Below, in pieces: positions 53,533 through 62,610 of a stretch of 64,000 bases of DNA. Under the pieces are notes generated by a model. It searched no databases, had not been told where the DNA came from, and was given only the letters and a program-made list of their open reading frames with translations. This DNA is from an uncultured candidatus Porisulfidus sp. (GTDB lineage: Bacteria > Pseudomonadota > Gammaproteobacteria > Poriferisulfidales > Oxydemutatoraceae). Position 1 is the first letter of the stretch. Every line of letters begins with the position of its first letter. The position numbers and the translations under genes were made by a program. The DNA lies in assembly GCA_965215125.1 (NCBI GenBank), contig OZ244052.1, forward strand, positions 480,001 to 544,000, read 5' to 3'.

Positions 53533-55269
53533 CTATGCGGTAGTTCCGATGAATCTGCGCAACACGCCGAACAGTAGCAACAACGCAGCAAAACCGTAGA
53601 ATAGGAGTGCTTCGTTTTCCTTTCTATAGGGAACGCTGGGATAATGCGTCATCACCTGCGTTTGGGCAACGGTTACACTGTTTTGATCAGCCGCAAACCG
53701 CAAACTACCGTCTCGATTGATCGCCGCATAAACGAAAGCCAGCAGATAATCGTCCCTTTGCGGTGATACGATAGTTGCAATACGCCACTGATATTGATCG
53801 GGATCGGCTTGTTTGCGAGGCAATAAAATAATACTGTCCTTATCTAGGTTTATTTTTAACCCTTTATAAATCGCCGGATAAAGTCCCACATGCATTCTAA
53901 CGACGGCATCCCCGGGTAAGTCGGGAAAAGGCATTTGTTGCGAATTATTCAACAGCAAAGCATTCTCCAGCAGTTGGTTCGGATGCACCGCCAATGCCGT
54001 CACATCGTTATCCTCGGTTTGCTGCTCCACATACAAAGGATTTTTATCGTCACCGGATGTCGGGAACATCACGCTTTTAAGATACTCGTAGAAGTTGATC
54101 TCTTCGTCGCTCAATGTCGGCATCATTGCCGCAGGTAGCAATATGTCGTCTGCAAACTTGAAATTTTGCAACATCAAATAATTTCCTTCGCCGACAGAAC
54201 GTTGTGCTTTTTCCATAAATTGAAAAAGTGCCGCTAAAATGTTTGCGTATTCTAGTTCCTCGCCGTTCTCGTCGCCCTCCGACATATTGAGATATACATA
54301 CTCCTGTTCTTTCTCCGAAGACGACTTTGCCGAAGACGGCGTTGCAGTTCTAAACCGCATGACACTCGGGAAATTACTACTTTGGTTCCCTCGCCCTAAG
54401 CTCTCCGCCATCATCTTTGATAAAGCATCAAACATCTCATCGGCAGGTTCGTCCGATCCGCCCCCACTATACTCTTCGCTTTGAGAGTCGGCATTCTCGG
54501 CATCGTAAGCGAGATCGTCAAAGGGATAATTTTCATCGCTGGTCACCGCACCAAGCGAAATATCGGCAGGCATATCTTCCCATATATTCTCATTATTGCC
54601 TCCCTCGCCTTCGTTTTCTCTAAACTGCTCGGAGTTACCCGGTTGTTCCGAGTCATCTTCGCTTGTTTCATCGGATTCGGCAATTACTTCTCCCGCACCG
54701 GGTTCGCTTTTGTTGTCATCCTCTACAGGATTGCCGTCATAACCGATGAAGTGCCAATGGCGAGGCATCGGCCCGTAATCTCCGATGATAGACATAGTCA
54801 AATAAAACGTACGGATATCGTAAATATCTATGCGTATATAACTTCTTTGTATAGGATTCATCTTTGCCAAAAATTTATCAAACGCATTATCGGGTTGCAA
54901 TAACTCATCGCGGCTGAATCTCTGCTTTGTGTAATAATCCTGTATATAATCGGAGTGCAGTTCGATAATCGGCATAATAGAAGGATGCGGATTGGCATCC
55001 ATAGGACTGTTGACATAATCGTGTAGCCTAGCCGGCTTAGAGGTCGGCAGACCGTTCATCACCACCGAGGTTGCTAAATCGCGGCTGAGCAATACCGATA
55101 TATCTTCTACTTCGCTGATACGCGCCTCTTCTTGTTCGTGCTCGATCATCATCGTAAGCACGATCAAAATGATAATCATCGCAACGCTGTTTGCCAGAAT
55201 GTCCGCTAACGCGATGCCGGCAAAGCCGGGAAGTAGGCTTCCTTTTCGTGATTGCGCCGCCGTTGCCAT
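53533..55269 (-). CDS. Hypothetical 578-aa membrane protein with MotB/ExbD-like N-terminal TM (Asp), acidic linker and C-terminal TM
   Basis: IALADILANSVAMIIILIVL; D/E-rich middle region; C-terminal LLFYGFAALLLLFGVLRRF. Confidence 0.6.
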   Translation of the reverse strand: MATAAQSRKGSLLPGFAGIALADILANSVAMIIILIVLTMMIEHEQEEARISEVEDISVLLSRDLATSVVMNGLPTSKPARLHDYVNSPMDANPHPSIMPIIELHSDYIQDYYTKQRFSRDELLQPDNAFDKFLAKMNPIQRSYIRIDIYDIRTFYLTMSIIGDYGPMPRHWHFIGYDGNPVEDDNKSEPGAGEVIAESDETSEDDSEQPGNSEQFRENEGEGGNNENIWEDMPADISLGAVTSDENYPFDDLAYDAENADSQSEEYSGGGSDEPADEMFDALSKMMAESLGRGNQSSNFPSVMRFRTATPSSAKSSSEKEQEYVYLNMSEGDENGEELEYANILAALFQFMEKAQRSVGEGNYLMLQNFKFADDILLPAAMMPTLSDEEINFYEYLKSVMFPTSGDDKNPLYVEQQTEDNDVTALAVHPNQLLENALLLNNSQQMPFPDLPGDAVVRMHVGLYPAIYKGLKINLDKDSIILLPRKQADPDQYQWRIATIVSPQRDDYLLAFVYAAINRDGSLRFAADQNSVTVAQTQVMTHYPSVPYRKENEALLFYGFAALLLLFGVLRRFIGTTA

Positions 55270-55273
55270 CGCT

Positions 55274-55798
55274 TTACTGCCTCTTGATAACGCGGTCTAT
55301 ATAAGGCGGGATATCGTCGAGCGAGACCGACTTCAATAATTCGCGATCGGCGATAATCCAACCTATAGTCAATTTGTCCCGTATCGTAGGCATTGTCAGA
55401 CGCATACATTCTCGGGCTATTGCCATCGTTCTAACACTGCCTTCCATGATAATAAAGATGAGTTGCTGTTTGGGCTTACCGTAAATCTTTCTGGCGTAGC
55501 TCGCAAAAGGACTATTGGGCGCGCAAATCTGGTCTTGTTTTAAGACATCGCCACTTTCCACAATGCGCAATTCATCGGGAAAAGTCAGTATGGAATAACC
55601 GGTGCCCTGCACACCCCAACTCACTTTGTAATCCCCTTCGGTGTTTATCCCCTCCAAACGTTCCTGTAACGAAAGCTGAGAAAAAGTGTTTATCAGTATA
55701 AACAAAACCAAAAGCAGAGCAAAAACACCGCCGAAAATCTCAACCATCGGCGCGTTGTTTTTCTCTTGATCCTTGAGGCTATCATGACGACGCATCAT
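55274..55798 (-). CDS. Hypothetical ExbD/TolR-like single-TM protein
   Basis: Basic N-terminus, then NNAPMVEIFGGVFALLLVLFILI (compare ExbD NxxPxxD..L.LL..F); 6 bp downstream of the TolQ-like gene. Confidence 0.55.
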   Translation of the reverse strand: MMRRHDSLKDQEKNNAPMVEIFGGVFALLLVLFILINTFSQLSLQERLEGINTEGDYKVSWGVQGTGYSILTFPDELRIVESGDVLKQDQICAPNSPFASYARKIYGKPKQQLIFIIMEGSVRTMAIARECMRLTMPTIRDKLTIGWIIADRELLKSVSLDDIPPYIDRVIKRQ

Positions 55799-55804
55799 TT
55801 CATC

Positions 55805-56845
55805 TTAAGGTCTAACAGCGAGTATCCGGTTTTCGTAGTTCGTTAGCAGATTGTTCTCCCATCGCTGTATGATGGTTTGTAACAAAGTCAACACGATGCT
55901 CAAAGACAAAGCAATCAATGTTGTATCAAAAGCAATTCCCAACGGGGCTATCGCATCGCCCAACTGATTGGAAAGATTGGCTAAGCCTTGCTGCTCGCCG
56001 ATAATCTTTTGTATACCGTCGGATGCAAGCGAGATACCGTAGACGGTACCTATAAAACCCAAAATAGGAATAGACCAATTGAAATAACGAGGCAAAATAT
56101 AGAAATCCGCCGACTTTTTCCAGATCAAATCAATATAGGTATCCTTCGTTACGGAGTTTCGATCGTCCAGCAAGCGATGGTAAGTGCGCATCAACAACGA
56201 GCGGTCGGGCTTGTTGATCAGCCGCTGCTCGTTCCATAGCGTATAGCTCTTGCTTAGCAACAGGATCAGACCCCAGCAGAACAGTAGAATAGTGAGCGGC
56301 GGTATAAACCCGCGAGCCAAAAACTTATTCGTCACTACTATCAGATCCGGATAACGAACCGCAGTGTTATAAATCATCAGCAGTATCGTCGTAGATAAAA
56401 TAATCGCAACCGCCAATGTCAGTACTAAGGGAGGACCCGAGAGTATCGACTCAAGTTTGCGCACCAAATCCTGCTGATATTCCGAGGAGGTGTTATGGTT
56501 GAGTAGTATATAAAATATATACAACGCAATGACCGAACTCAATAACGGCAGAGACTTCTCGGGCGTATAACCGTCGGATAGCAAAACCTGATTATTGAGC
56601 AACGGGATGAATACCTGATAAGTAACGATTAGGCTAATGGCAATCAAAGACAATAATATTAAAAAGCTCAACACCTTGAGCATAGTCTGTTTCTTTAACA
56701 TCAGTCCGGCAACCGACAATAAAGCAATCGCTAGACCTACTCCCAAACCGCCATTCGCAGAATAGCCTATGTTAATGCCCAAACTGATAAACGCGGCGGG
56801 GAATAGTACAAACGATGTGATAATAATAATAATTTGGTTCAACAT
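55805..56845 (-). CDS. MotA/TolQ/ExbB proton-channel family protein with extra N-terminal TM helices
   Basis: WSIPILGFIGTVYGISLA and LGIAFDTTLIAL signature helices. Confidence 0.85.
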   Translation of the reverse strand: MLNQIIIIITSFVLFPAAFISLGINIGYSANGGLGVGLAIALLSVAGLMLKKQTMLKVLSFLILLSLIAISLIVTYQVFIPLLNNQVLLSDGYTPEKSLPLLSSVIALYIFYILLNHNTSSEYQQDLVRKLESILSGPPLVLTLAVAIILSTTILLMIYNTAVRYPDLIVVTNKFLARGFIPPLTILLFCWGLILLLSKSYTLWNEQRLINKPDRSLLMRTYHRLLDDRNSVTKDTYIDLIWKKSADFYILPRYFNWSIPILGFIGTVYGISLASDGIQKIIGEQQGLANLSNQLGDAIAPLGIAFDTTLIALSLSIVLTLLQTIIQRWENNLLTNYENRILAVRP

Positions 56846-56922
56846 AACAATACAACTATTTTATATAAAGTTTCAGGTGGGAAATTAAATTATAATACAT
56901 TCTATGGCTATCGGTGTGCGTT

Positions 56923-57516
56923 ATGATAAAAATTATTCCCTTAAAAAATTTAAGTAATCATTTTATTAAAGGATATGCTTTGTATCCGCCTTTCCCTACG
57001 GATACCCGAACGGCAATTTTCGCACTCGGGTGCTTTTGGGGCGCGGAGCGTTGCTTCTGGCAACAACCGGAAGTTTATCTAACCGCAGTGGGCTATGCCG
57101 GCGGAGCGACTGCCAACCCCGACTATCGAGCGGTTTGTAGCGGTAACACCGGGCATACCGAAAGCGTGCTGGTCGTGTATCACGACAATCAAAACACCGA
57201 TACGCATAGTGTCTACGAAAAACTGCTCAAGATTTTCTGGGAGACTCATGACCCGACCCAAGGCATGCGACAAGGCAACGACATCGGCAGCCAATACCGC
57301 TCCGCGATATTTTGCTTCGACGACTCCCAATACCAACTAACACTAAAAACACGCGAAACCTATCAAGCCCGTCTAAACCGATCGGGCTACGGACAGATTA
57401 CAACCGAAATCATTCGCACCGCAGATTTTTACTACGCAGAAGATTACCACCAGCAATATCTTGCCAAAAACCCCGGCGGCTATTGCGGCTTAGGCGGCAC
57501 CGGCGTTCGCTTGTAA
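56923..57516 (+). CDS. msrA: Peptide methionine sulfoxide reductase MsrA
   Basis: [44 protein letters not shown]. Confidence 0.96.
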   Translation: MIKIIPLKNLSNHFIKGYALYPPFPTDTRTAIFALGCFWGAERCFWQQPEVYLTAVGYAGGATANPDYRAVCSGNTGHTESVLVVYHDNQNTDTHSVYEKLLKIFWETHDPTQGMRQGNDIGSQYRSAIFCFDDSQYQLTLKTRETYQARLNRSGYGQITTEIIRTADFYYAEDYHQQYLAKNPGGYCGLGGTGVRL

Positions 57517-57536
57517 ATTGAGTCTTTCACAAAGCA

Positions 57537-58595
57537 TTAGCGGCAGCGAACGCTATATCTAAGGTAGTGATATGTAGTATGCGCACAAGGTGGAGTAACT
57601 ACTCGTAGCTTCATTCGCCGATGTTTGTATAGCACCCACGGAATCTGGTCTATTGCCAGAATGTGAGGGGCAAGGGCCGAGTACTTCCATTTCATTGCAG
57701 ATGCTTGATTTACTAAATAAGCTGTAGCCGAGTAAGGCTCATATATCGGTTCGGCGATACGATGATGCTCGTTTATTGGTTCCAAACTAGTTTTTCGAGG
57801 TGCCGCACCGAGCTGAATCAAACTATGAAGTGCTAGAAATCCGTGCAGTCTTTCATACGCCTTCCTAAAATATCTACTTTCAGTCCAAGGTAAAAAGAGT
57901 CTATTTGAAATGATTGTTTTTATAATCTCCTCTTGTTTTATTTCATACTCTTCAAGAATTTGCTCGATTCTTTGCGACTGCCTAGGGTATAAATCGGAGT
58001 CAATACTATAATGCTCTAATAGTTTTTTTATTTGGTGAACTCTTTTTTGACGTTTCAATGATAATAAAGATCTAATAGCTATTTTTAAGAATGATGAATA
58101 ATTGAACTGAGGCGTTTTCACTACTAATCCTGCCAAATATGACCAGTTGGTAGGTTGGCTAACAAGTAGCAATACATCCCATTCCAGTTTAGGGGCGATT
58201 CTAAGAACCTCGGGGAAAGTTGGCAACAAGGTAGCATCGTCTTCTAGTATGCATGCCCACTCAATACCATTTTTGACCATCAAGTCATAAATTTTGATAT
58301 GGCTTAATAAGATAGCAATTTGACCTAGGTTGGCATTTTTCCAGTTTTTGCCTTTCTCGGTTTTCGCATGATTAACGATCGCAGCATATTTGTTTTCTAA
58401 AAGCGATTCATCAATGCCTAATGATTGCGCAATCCGCATGCGATATGCTTTTGATTCCAGTTCATGTTTATCAATGTCGTCTACCTCTACAAACTGATAC
58501 TCCAAACCGAAAGGATCTAATTGTCTTTGTATATGTAACCTACGCTCGGGGTTACGCTTTAGATTAATAACATAGATAGGAGAAAAGGTTGCCAT
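57537..58595 (-). CDS. Glycosyltransferase family 25 (LPS/LOS biosynthesis) with long internal insertion
   Basis: IYVINLKRNPERR, GQIAILLSH, ILEDDA, SATAYLV, AIDQ. Confidence 0.85.
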   Translation of the reverse strand: MATFSPIYVINLKRNPERRLHIQRQLDPFGLEYQFVEVDDIDKHELESKAYRMRIAQSLGIDESLLENKYAAIVNHAKTEKGKNWKNANLGQIAILLSHIKIYDLMVKNGIEWACILEDDATLLPTFPEVLRIAPKLEWDVLLLVSQPTNWSYLAGLVVKTPQFNYSSFLKIAIRSLLSLKRQKRVHQIKKLLEHYSIDSDLYPRQSQRIEQILEEYEIKQEEIIKTIISNRLFLPWTESRYFRKAYERLHGFLALHSLIQLGAAPRKTSLEPINEHHRIAEPIYEPYSATAYLVNQASAMKWKYSALAPHILAIDQIPWVLYKHRRMKLRVVTPPCAHTTYHYLRYSVRCR

Positions 58596-58668
58596 TATGG
58601 TTGTTTGAAATTAGAATTCGCTTCGTATTATAAAGTATCTCCGACAGTAAGTGCTATTGCAAGGCGAC

Positions 58669-58716
58669 ATTCCCCTCCTATGGAGGGGTGGCAGGCGTAG
58701 CCTGACGAGGTGGTTG
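58669..58716. repeat. Family A repeat (inverted full copy)
   Basis: ATTCCCCTCCTATGGAGGGGTGGCAGGCGTAGCCTGACGAGGTGGTTG. Confidence 0.85.
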
Positions 58717-58730
58717 TGGCGTGTCCACAC

Positions 58731-58799
58731 TTTTACTCAATCTAATGAGTATTTTTACTCAATGCATTGAGTATTTTTACTCAATCTAATGAGTATTTT
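58731..58799. promoter_or_regulatory. Three tandem 22-bp units, each holding an 18-bp palindrome (operator-like)
   Basis: TACTCAATCTAATGAGTA (58734), TACTCAATGCATTGAGTA (58756), TACTCAATCTAATGAGTA (58778). Confidence 0.75.
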
Positions 58800-58824
58800 C
58801 ATATTTCTGTGCTATGCTTAGCTT

Positions 58825-60012
58825 ATGGAAGGATTAAAACATAAAAGACCCCAATTTAAGACCTTAAAAAACCGCCTCAGAGAGCCTAGGCGATTTATAC
58901 AGTGTCTTTTAGGTCCTAGACAAATAGGAAAAACTACACTCATCCGACAAATCCTAAAGACCTTCTCTTCTAAAAGTTCCCTTTATTTCAGTGCCGACGA
59001 CCCCGCCATGCAAAGCCACGAGTGGATTCGTCAAAAATGGCTGGAAGCTAGGCTTTTAGAAAAGCAACATAAAAAAGATATATTACTCGTCTTTGACGAG
59101 ATCCAAAAAATCGCTTCGTGGTCGGATGTAGTGAAATCTCTCTGGGACGAGGACACACGAACACGAACGAAAATCAAAGTTGCCATCTTAGGTTCATCTC
59201 CCCTGCTATTACAAAAAGGTCTCACCGAAAGCCTTGCCGGACGCTTTGAGGTTTTAAGGCTGGGGCATTGGTCTTTTGCCGAAATGAAAAAAGCCTTCGG
59301 CTTCGGTATCGACGAATACATCTATTACGGAGCCTACCCGGGTGCTGCAGCCCTGATTCACGACGAAACACGATGGCGAGACTATATCGTCAACGCCTTG
59401 GCCGAAACCGTTTTATCAAAAGATATCCTATTACATCATCAAATCAATAAGCCTGCCTTATTGAGACAACTCTACGCCCTCGCCACTCAATACTCGGGAC
59501 AAATTCTCTCTTTTCAAAAAATGCTGGGACAGCTTCACGACGCAGGAAATACCACAACCCTCGCACACTACTTGGAACTACTCTCTGTGGCCGGTCTCGT
59601 CTCGGGACTTCAAAAATTCTCTTCCAACACACTGAGAAAAAGACTCTCAAGCCCCAAACTTCAAGTCCAAAATACTGCCCTTATAACAAGCTCGCTGGGA
59701 GAAAGTTTTAGCAATATAAAAGAAACCACATACTGGGGACGGATAGTAGAGTCTTGCGTGGGGGCTTACCTCTGGAACCTATGCTTTGAGGAAGGCGGGG
59801 AACTTTATTATTGGAACGAGCAAGCCAAAGAAGTGGACTTCGTCCTAAAGAAAAACAACAAAATAACCGCAATCGAAGTGAAAAGCGGACACAAAACCGG
59901 ACACCTCAAAAGTTTAGAAACCTTTCGCAAAAAACACAAACCCAATGAGACACTCGTCGTAGGCGGAGAGGGAATCCCGCTTGCAGATTTTCTGAACGGG
60001 AGAGCATTTTAG
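58825..60012 (+). CDS. AAA_14 ATPase with DUF4143/nuclease-like C-terminus
   Basis: GPRQIGKTT, VFDEIQ, LGSS, ESLAGRF, GAYPG, EVDFV..AIEVKSG. Confidence 0.88.
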   Translation: MEGLKHKRPQFKTLKNRLREPRRFIQCLLGPRQIGKTTLIRQILKTFSSKSSLYFSADDPAMQSHEWIRQKWLEARLLEKQHKKDILLVFDEIQKIASWSDVVKSLWDEDTRTRTKIKVAILGSSPLLLQKGLTESLAGRFEVLRLGHWSFAEMKKAFGFGIDEYIYYGAYPGAAALIHDETRWRDYIVNALAETVLSKDILLHHQINKPALLRQLYALATQYSGQILSFQKMLGQLHDAGNTTTLAHYLELLSVAGLVSGLQKFSSNTLRKRLSSPKLQVQNTALITSSLGESFSNIKETTYWGRIVESCVGAYLWNLCFEEGGELYYWNEQAKEVDFVLKKNNKITAIEVKSGHKTGHLKSLETFRKKHKPNETLVVGGEGIPLADFLNGRAF

Positions 60013-60019
60013 CCTTTTC

Positions 60020-60205
60020 ACGGGGTGGTTAATTCCCCTCCTGGGGAGGGAAATGTACCGGCACTATATTTGTGCGGATATGAGACGACCACCCTAAGGG
60101 CGGGCATCACTGAATCGCCGATTGACCTATCGGGCAGACATGCGAGTCTGCCCCTACAAGCTCAATCGGTGGCTCTGTTCTGCACCTACAAAGAGAGGAA
60201 TGTAC
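60020..60205. repeat. Composite A+B+C palindromic repeat
   Basis: GGGGTGGTTAATTCCCCTCCTGGGGAGGGAAATGTAC, GCCGATTGACCTA and CGGGCAGACATGCGAGTCTGCCCCTACAAGCTCAATCGG. Confidence 0.8.
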
Positions 60206-60225
60206 ACCCAACGCTAATGGCTGTT

Positions 60226-61200
60226 TTATAACCCTGCTTGTATTAGGTCGTGCATGTTGATAGCCCCGACGAGTTTGGTGTTTCGGTCAAAGACCGGCAG
60301 CGCATTGACTTTCCTTGCCTGCATCAGTTGCAGGGCTTCTATTGCCAGGGTGTCCAGTTTGACCGATTGGTAGGGATGGGTCATGAGTTGGTCTATGGGG
60401 GTTTTCAAAAGTTCGGTGTTGCGGTTTAGTGTGCGCCTTAAATCGCCGTCGGTGAAAACACCGACTACTTGATCCGCCTCACCGATGACGAGTGTCATAC
60501 CCATACCTTTAGCCGATATTTCGTATAAGGCATCCACCAACAATGTTGACGAAGCTACTTTAGGGACGGCATCGCCGGTGCGGACTAGGTCGCCGACTTT
60601 GAGCAGTAACTTTCTACCCAAATGACCGCCCGGATGTGCGCGGGCAAAATCTTGGGTGGTAAAGCCTTTATTCTGCAATAGTGCTATTGCAAGCGCATCA
60701 CCCATCGCAAGTGCGGCAGCGGTGCTTGCGGTAGGTGCCAAACCCAACGGACACGCCTCTTGCTCTACGCGGGTATTCAAACAAACATCAACGGCGCGTC
60801 CCAATGTAGAGTCCGGTGTACCGGTCAGTGCGATCGTTTTGATTGCGATGTGCTTAAACGAAGGTAGCAAACTATTGATCTCTTCGGTCTCCCCCGAATA
60901 GGAAATGATGACGGCAACATCTTGGCTATCGATCATACCCAAGTCGCCGTGACTTGCTTCGGCAGGATGCAGATAAAATGCTTTGCTGCCGGTGCTTGAT
61001 AAGGTGGAGCTGATTTTGTTTGCGATATGGCCGGATTTGCCGATGCCGATTAAGATAATGCGTCCGCGACATTCTATTAGGCAGCGACACGCAGCGACAA
61101 ACTTTTGGTCGATTTGTGAACGAAGTTTTTGTATTGCGCCCGCCTCTATATCCAATACCTCTAAGGCAAGTTGTTTAATTTTATCCGAGTTGAGTTTCAT
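60226..61200 (-). CDS. kdsD: Arabinose-5-phosphate isomerase (KpsF/GutQ family, SIS plus CBS domains)
   Basis: GIGKSGHIA, HPAEASHGDLG, EACPLGLAPTAST, HPGG.LG, FTDGDLRR. Confidence 0.95.
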   Translation of the reverse strand: MKLNSDKIKQLALEVLDIEAGAIQKLRSQIDQKFVAACRCLIECRGRIILIGIGKSGHIANKISSTLSSTGSKAFYLHPAEASHGDLGMIDSQDVAVIISYSGETEEINSLLPSFKHIAIKTIALTGTPDSTLGRAVDVCLNTRVEQEACPLGLAPTASTAAALAMGDALAIALLQNKGFTTQDFARAHPGGHLGRKLLLKVGDLVRTGDAVPKVASSTLLVDALYEISAKGMGMTLVIGEADQVVGVFTDGDLRRTLNRNTELLKTPIDQLMTHPYQSVKLDTLAIEALQLMQARKVNALPVFDRNTKLVGAINMHDLIQAGL

Positions 61201-61312
61201 TCGATTTGCCCACCTTGTTGATGGATTTTATCATATCGAGGTAGATGTAGGTTTTTGAAAGAATACTGTTTGCAAGGATAATGTGTTTACCCACCAAATT
61301 TATTTTAACTAC

Positions 61313-61539
61313 CGTAGGGGAATGTGCTTGTGCAAATACGCGGCGACCACCCCATGGGAAGGCTTTACATTTTGTACTATGTATCAAGGTTCTGCACAAT
61401 GTCACGCCGATTAACCTACTGGCTTAATCGGCGGTTCTCTTGCGCCTGCCATCCCTCCAAAGGAGGGGAATGTACTAGTTCAGACCGCGGCGACCACCCC
61501 GTCAGGCGAAGCCTGCCACCCCGCCGAAGGAGGGGAATT
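61313..61539. repeat. Mosaic of family A, B and C repeats
   Basis: GTAGGGG, GCGACCACCCC, TGTCACGCCGATTAACCTACTGGCTTAATCGGCGGTTCT, GCCTGCCATCCCTCCAAAGGAGGGGAAT, and a full family A copy at 61490-61539. Confidence 0.85.
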
Positions 61540-62551
61540 ACTCTAGTACCGCACTCACTTCTTGTTGGTAGAGCAAACCGATATAGGCGGAGAAAAAGAG
61601 CAATATCAAAACGCCTTTGACGCGATACAGGCAATAACGTTGCGGGATTAAAAACAGTATCAACAATAATAAGGTGATCATCGCATTAACAAAAAAATCT
61701 CTATACAGAACTTCGCTTCTCATCTGTGCATCGCCGACCATCGCAATCGCACCGATAACGCCCAAACCGTTGAACAAATTAGAGCCTAAGATATTACCGA
61801 CTGCGATATCCTCGCGTTTTTTCCATGCGCTCACCAACGATGTGACGATCTCGGGCAAACTGGTGCCCAATGCAGTCATTGTCAAACCAACCAATAATTC
61901 GCTAACCCCGAAGTGATTGGCAATGCCGATCGCCGACCATACAATTAATTCCGCTGCGCCGACCAATACTGCGGTGCCTATGAGTATATGTAGCCACCCT
62001 TCTCGATGACGGCTTTGCCCGTCGTCTTCGTATTCGTCTGCAGTGCGTATCATCCAATACATCAATGCAACCAGAATCAACAACAAGAGCAATCCGTCTA
62101 CGAAATCAAGCTCAAAGTTCGCTTGCACTTGCGTCGTTTGTCCCAGCGTGCTAAACAATGCAAAGACATCTTTGAAGTCAAGTTGCCAATCCATTGCCAA
62201 CAACCATACCGCCAAGATGGCGATGCCCAGCATGCTAAACTTCTTAAGAAAGATATGCCGTTTGATATGGATCGGTATGACCAATGCCGCCAATCCCAAC
62301 CCTAAACCTATATTGGCGATATTGGAACCGATCGCATTGCCCAGCGCAACTTCGGTCGCGCCGCGCAGTGCTGCCAGCATAGAGACAAAAAACTCGGGTG
62401 CCGATGTGCCTAAGCCGACGATAACCATGCCGATAATCAACTGCGATATTCTATAGCGTTGGGCAATGCCTACGGCACCTTTGATTAGAAGGTTTGCCGA
62501 CCAAATGATTAAAGCCAAGCCGGCGAAAAAAGCAATTAATTGGATTAGCAT
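61538..62551 (-). CDS. yrbG: Ca2+/Na+ antiporter (CaCA family, YrbG)
   Basis: Alpha repeats GTSAPE..GNAIGSN and GTSLPE..GNILGSN; next to kdsD. Confidence 0.92.
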   Translation of the reverse strand: MLIQLIAFFAGLALIIWSANLLIKGAVGIAQRYRISQLIIGMVIVGLGTSAPEFFVSMLAALRGATEVALGNAIGSNIANIGLGLGLAALVIPIHIKRHIFLKKFSMLGIAILAVWLLAMDWQLDFKDVFALFSTLGQTTQVQANFELDFVDGLLLLLILVALMYWMIRTADEYEDDGQSRHREGWLHILIGTAVLVGAAELIVWSAIGIANHFGVSELLVGLTMTALGTSLPEIVTSLVSAWKKREDIAVGNILGSNLFNGLGVIGAIAMVGDAQMRSEVLYRDFFVNAMITLLLLILFLIPQRYCLYRVKGVLILLFFSAYIGLLYQQEVSAVLE

Positions 62552-62610
62552 ATTATGGGTTCTAAAATAGTGACCTGTTTATTAAAAGTATCTATGCTAA
62601 TATATTGTAC

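Noticed and set aside
53533-56845. Zorya ZorAB, flagellar MotAB or canonical ExbBD-TonB/TolQRA call
   Set aside because: No OmpA-like domain, no long ZorA tail, no ZorC/D/E, TonB/TolA or flagellar genes recognisable; left as an unassigned motor-like cluster.
58731-58799. Possible mini-CRISPR array
   Set aside because: Units are contiguous 22-bp repeats with no unique spacers, and no cas genes are present.
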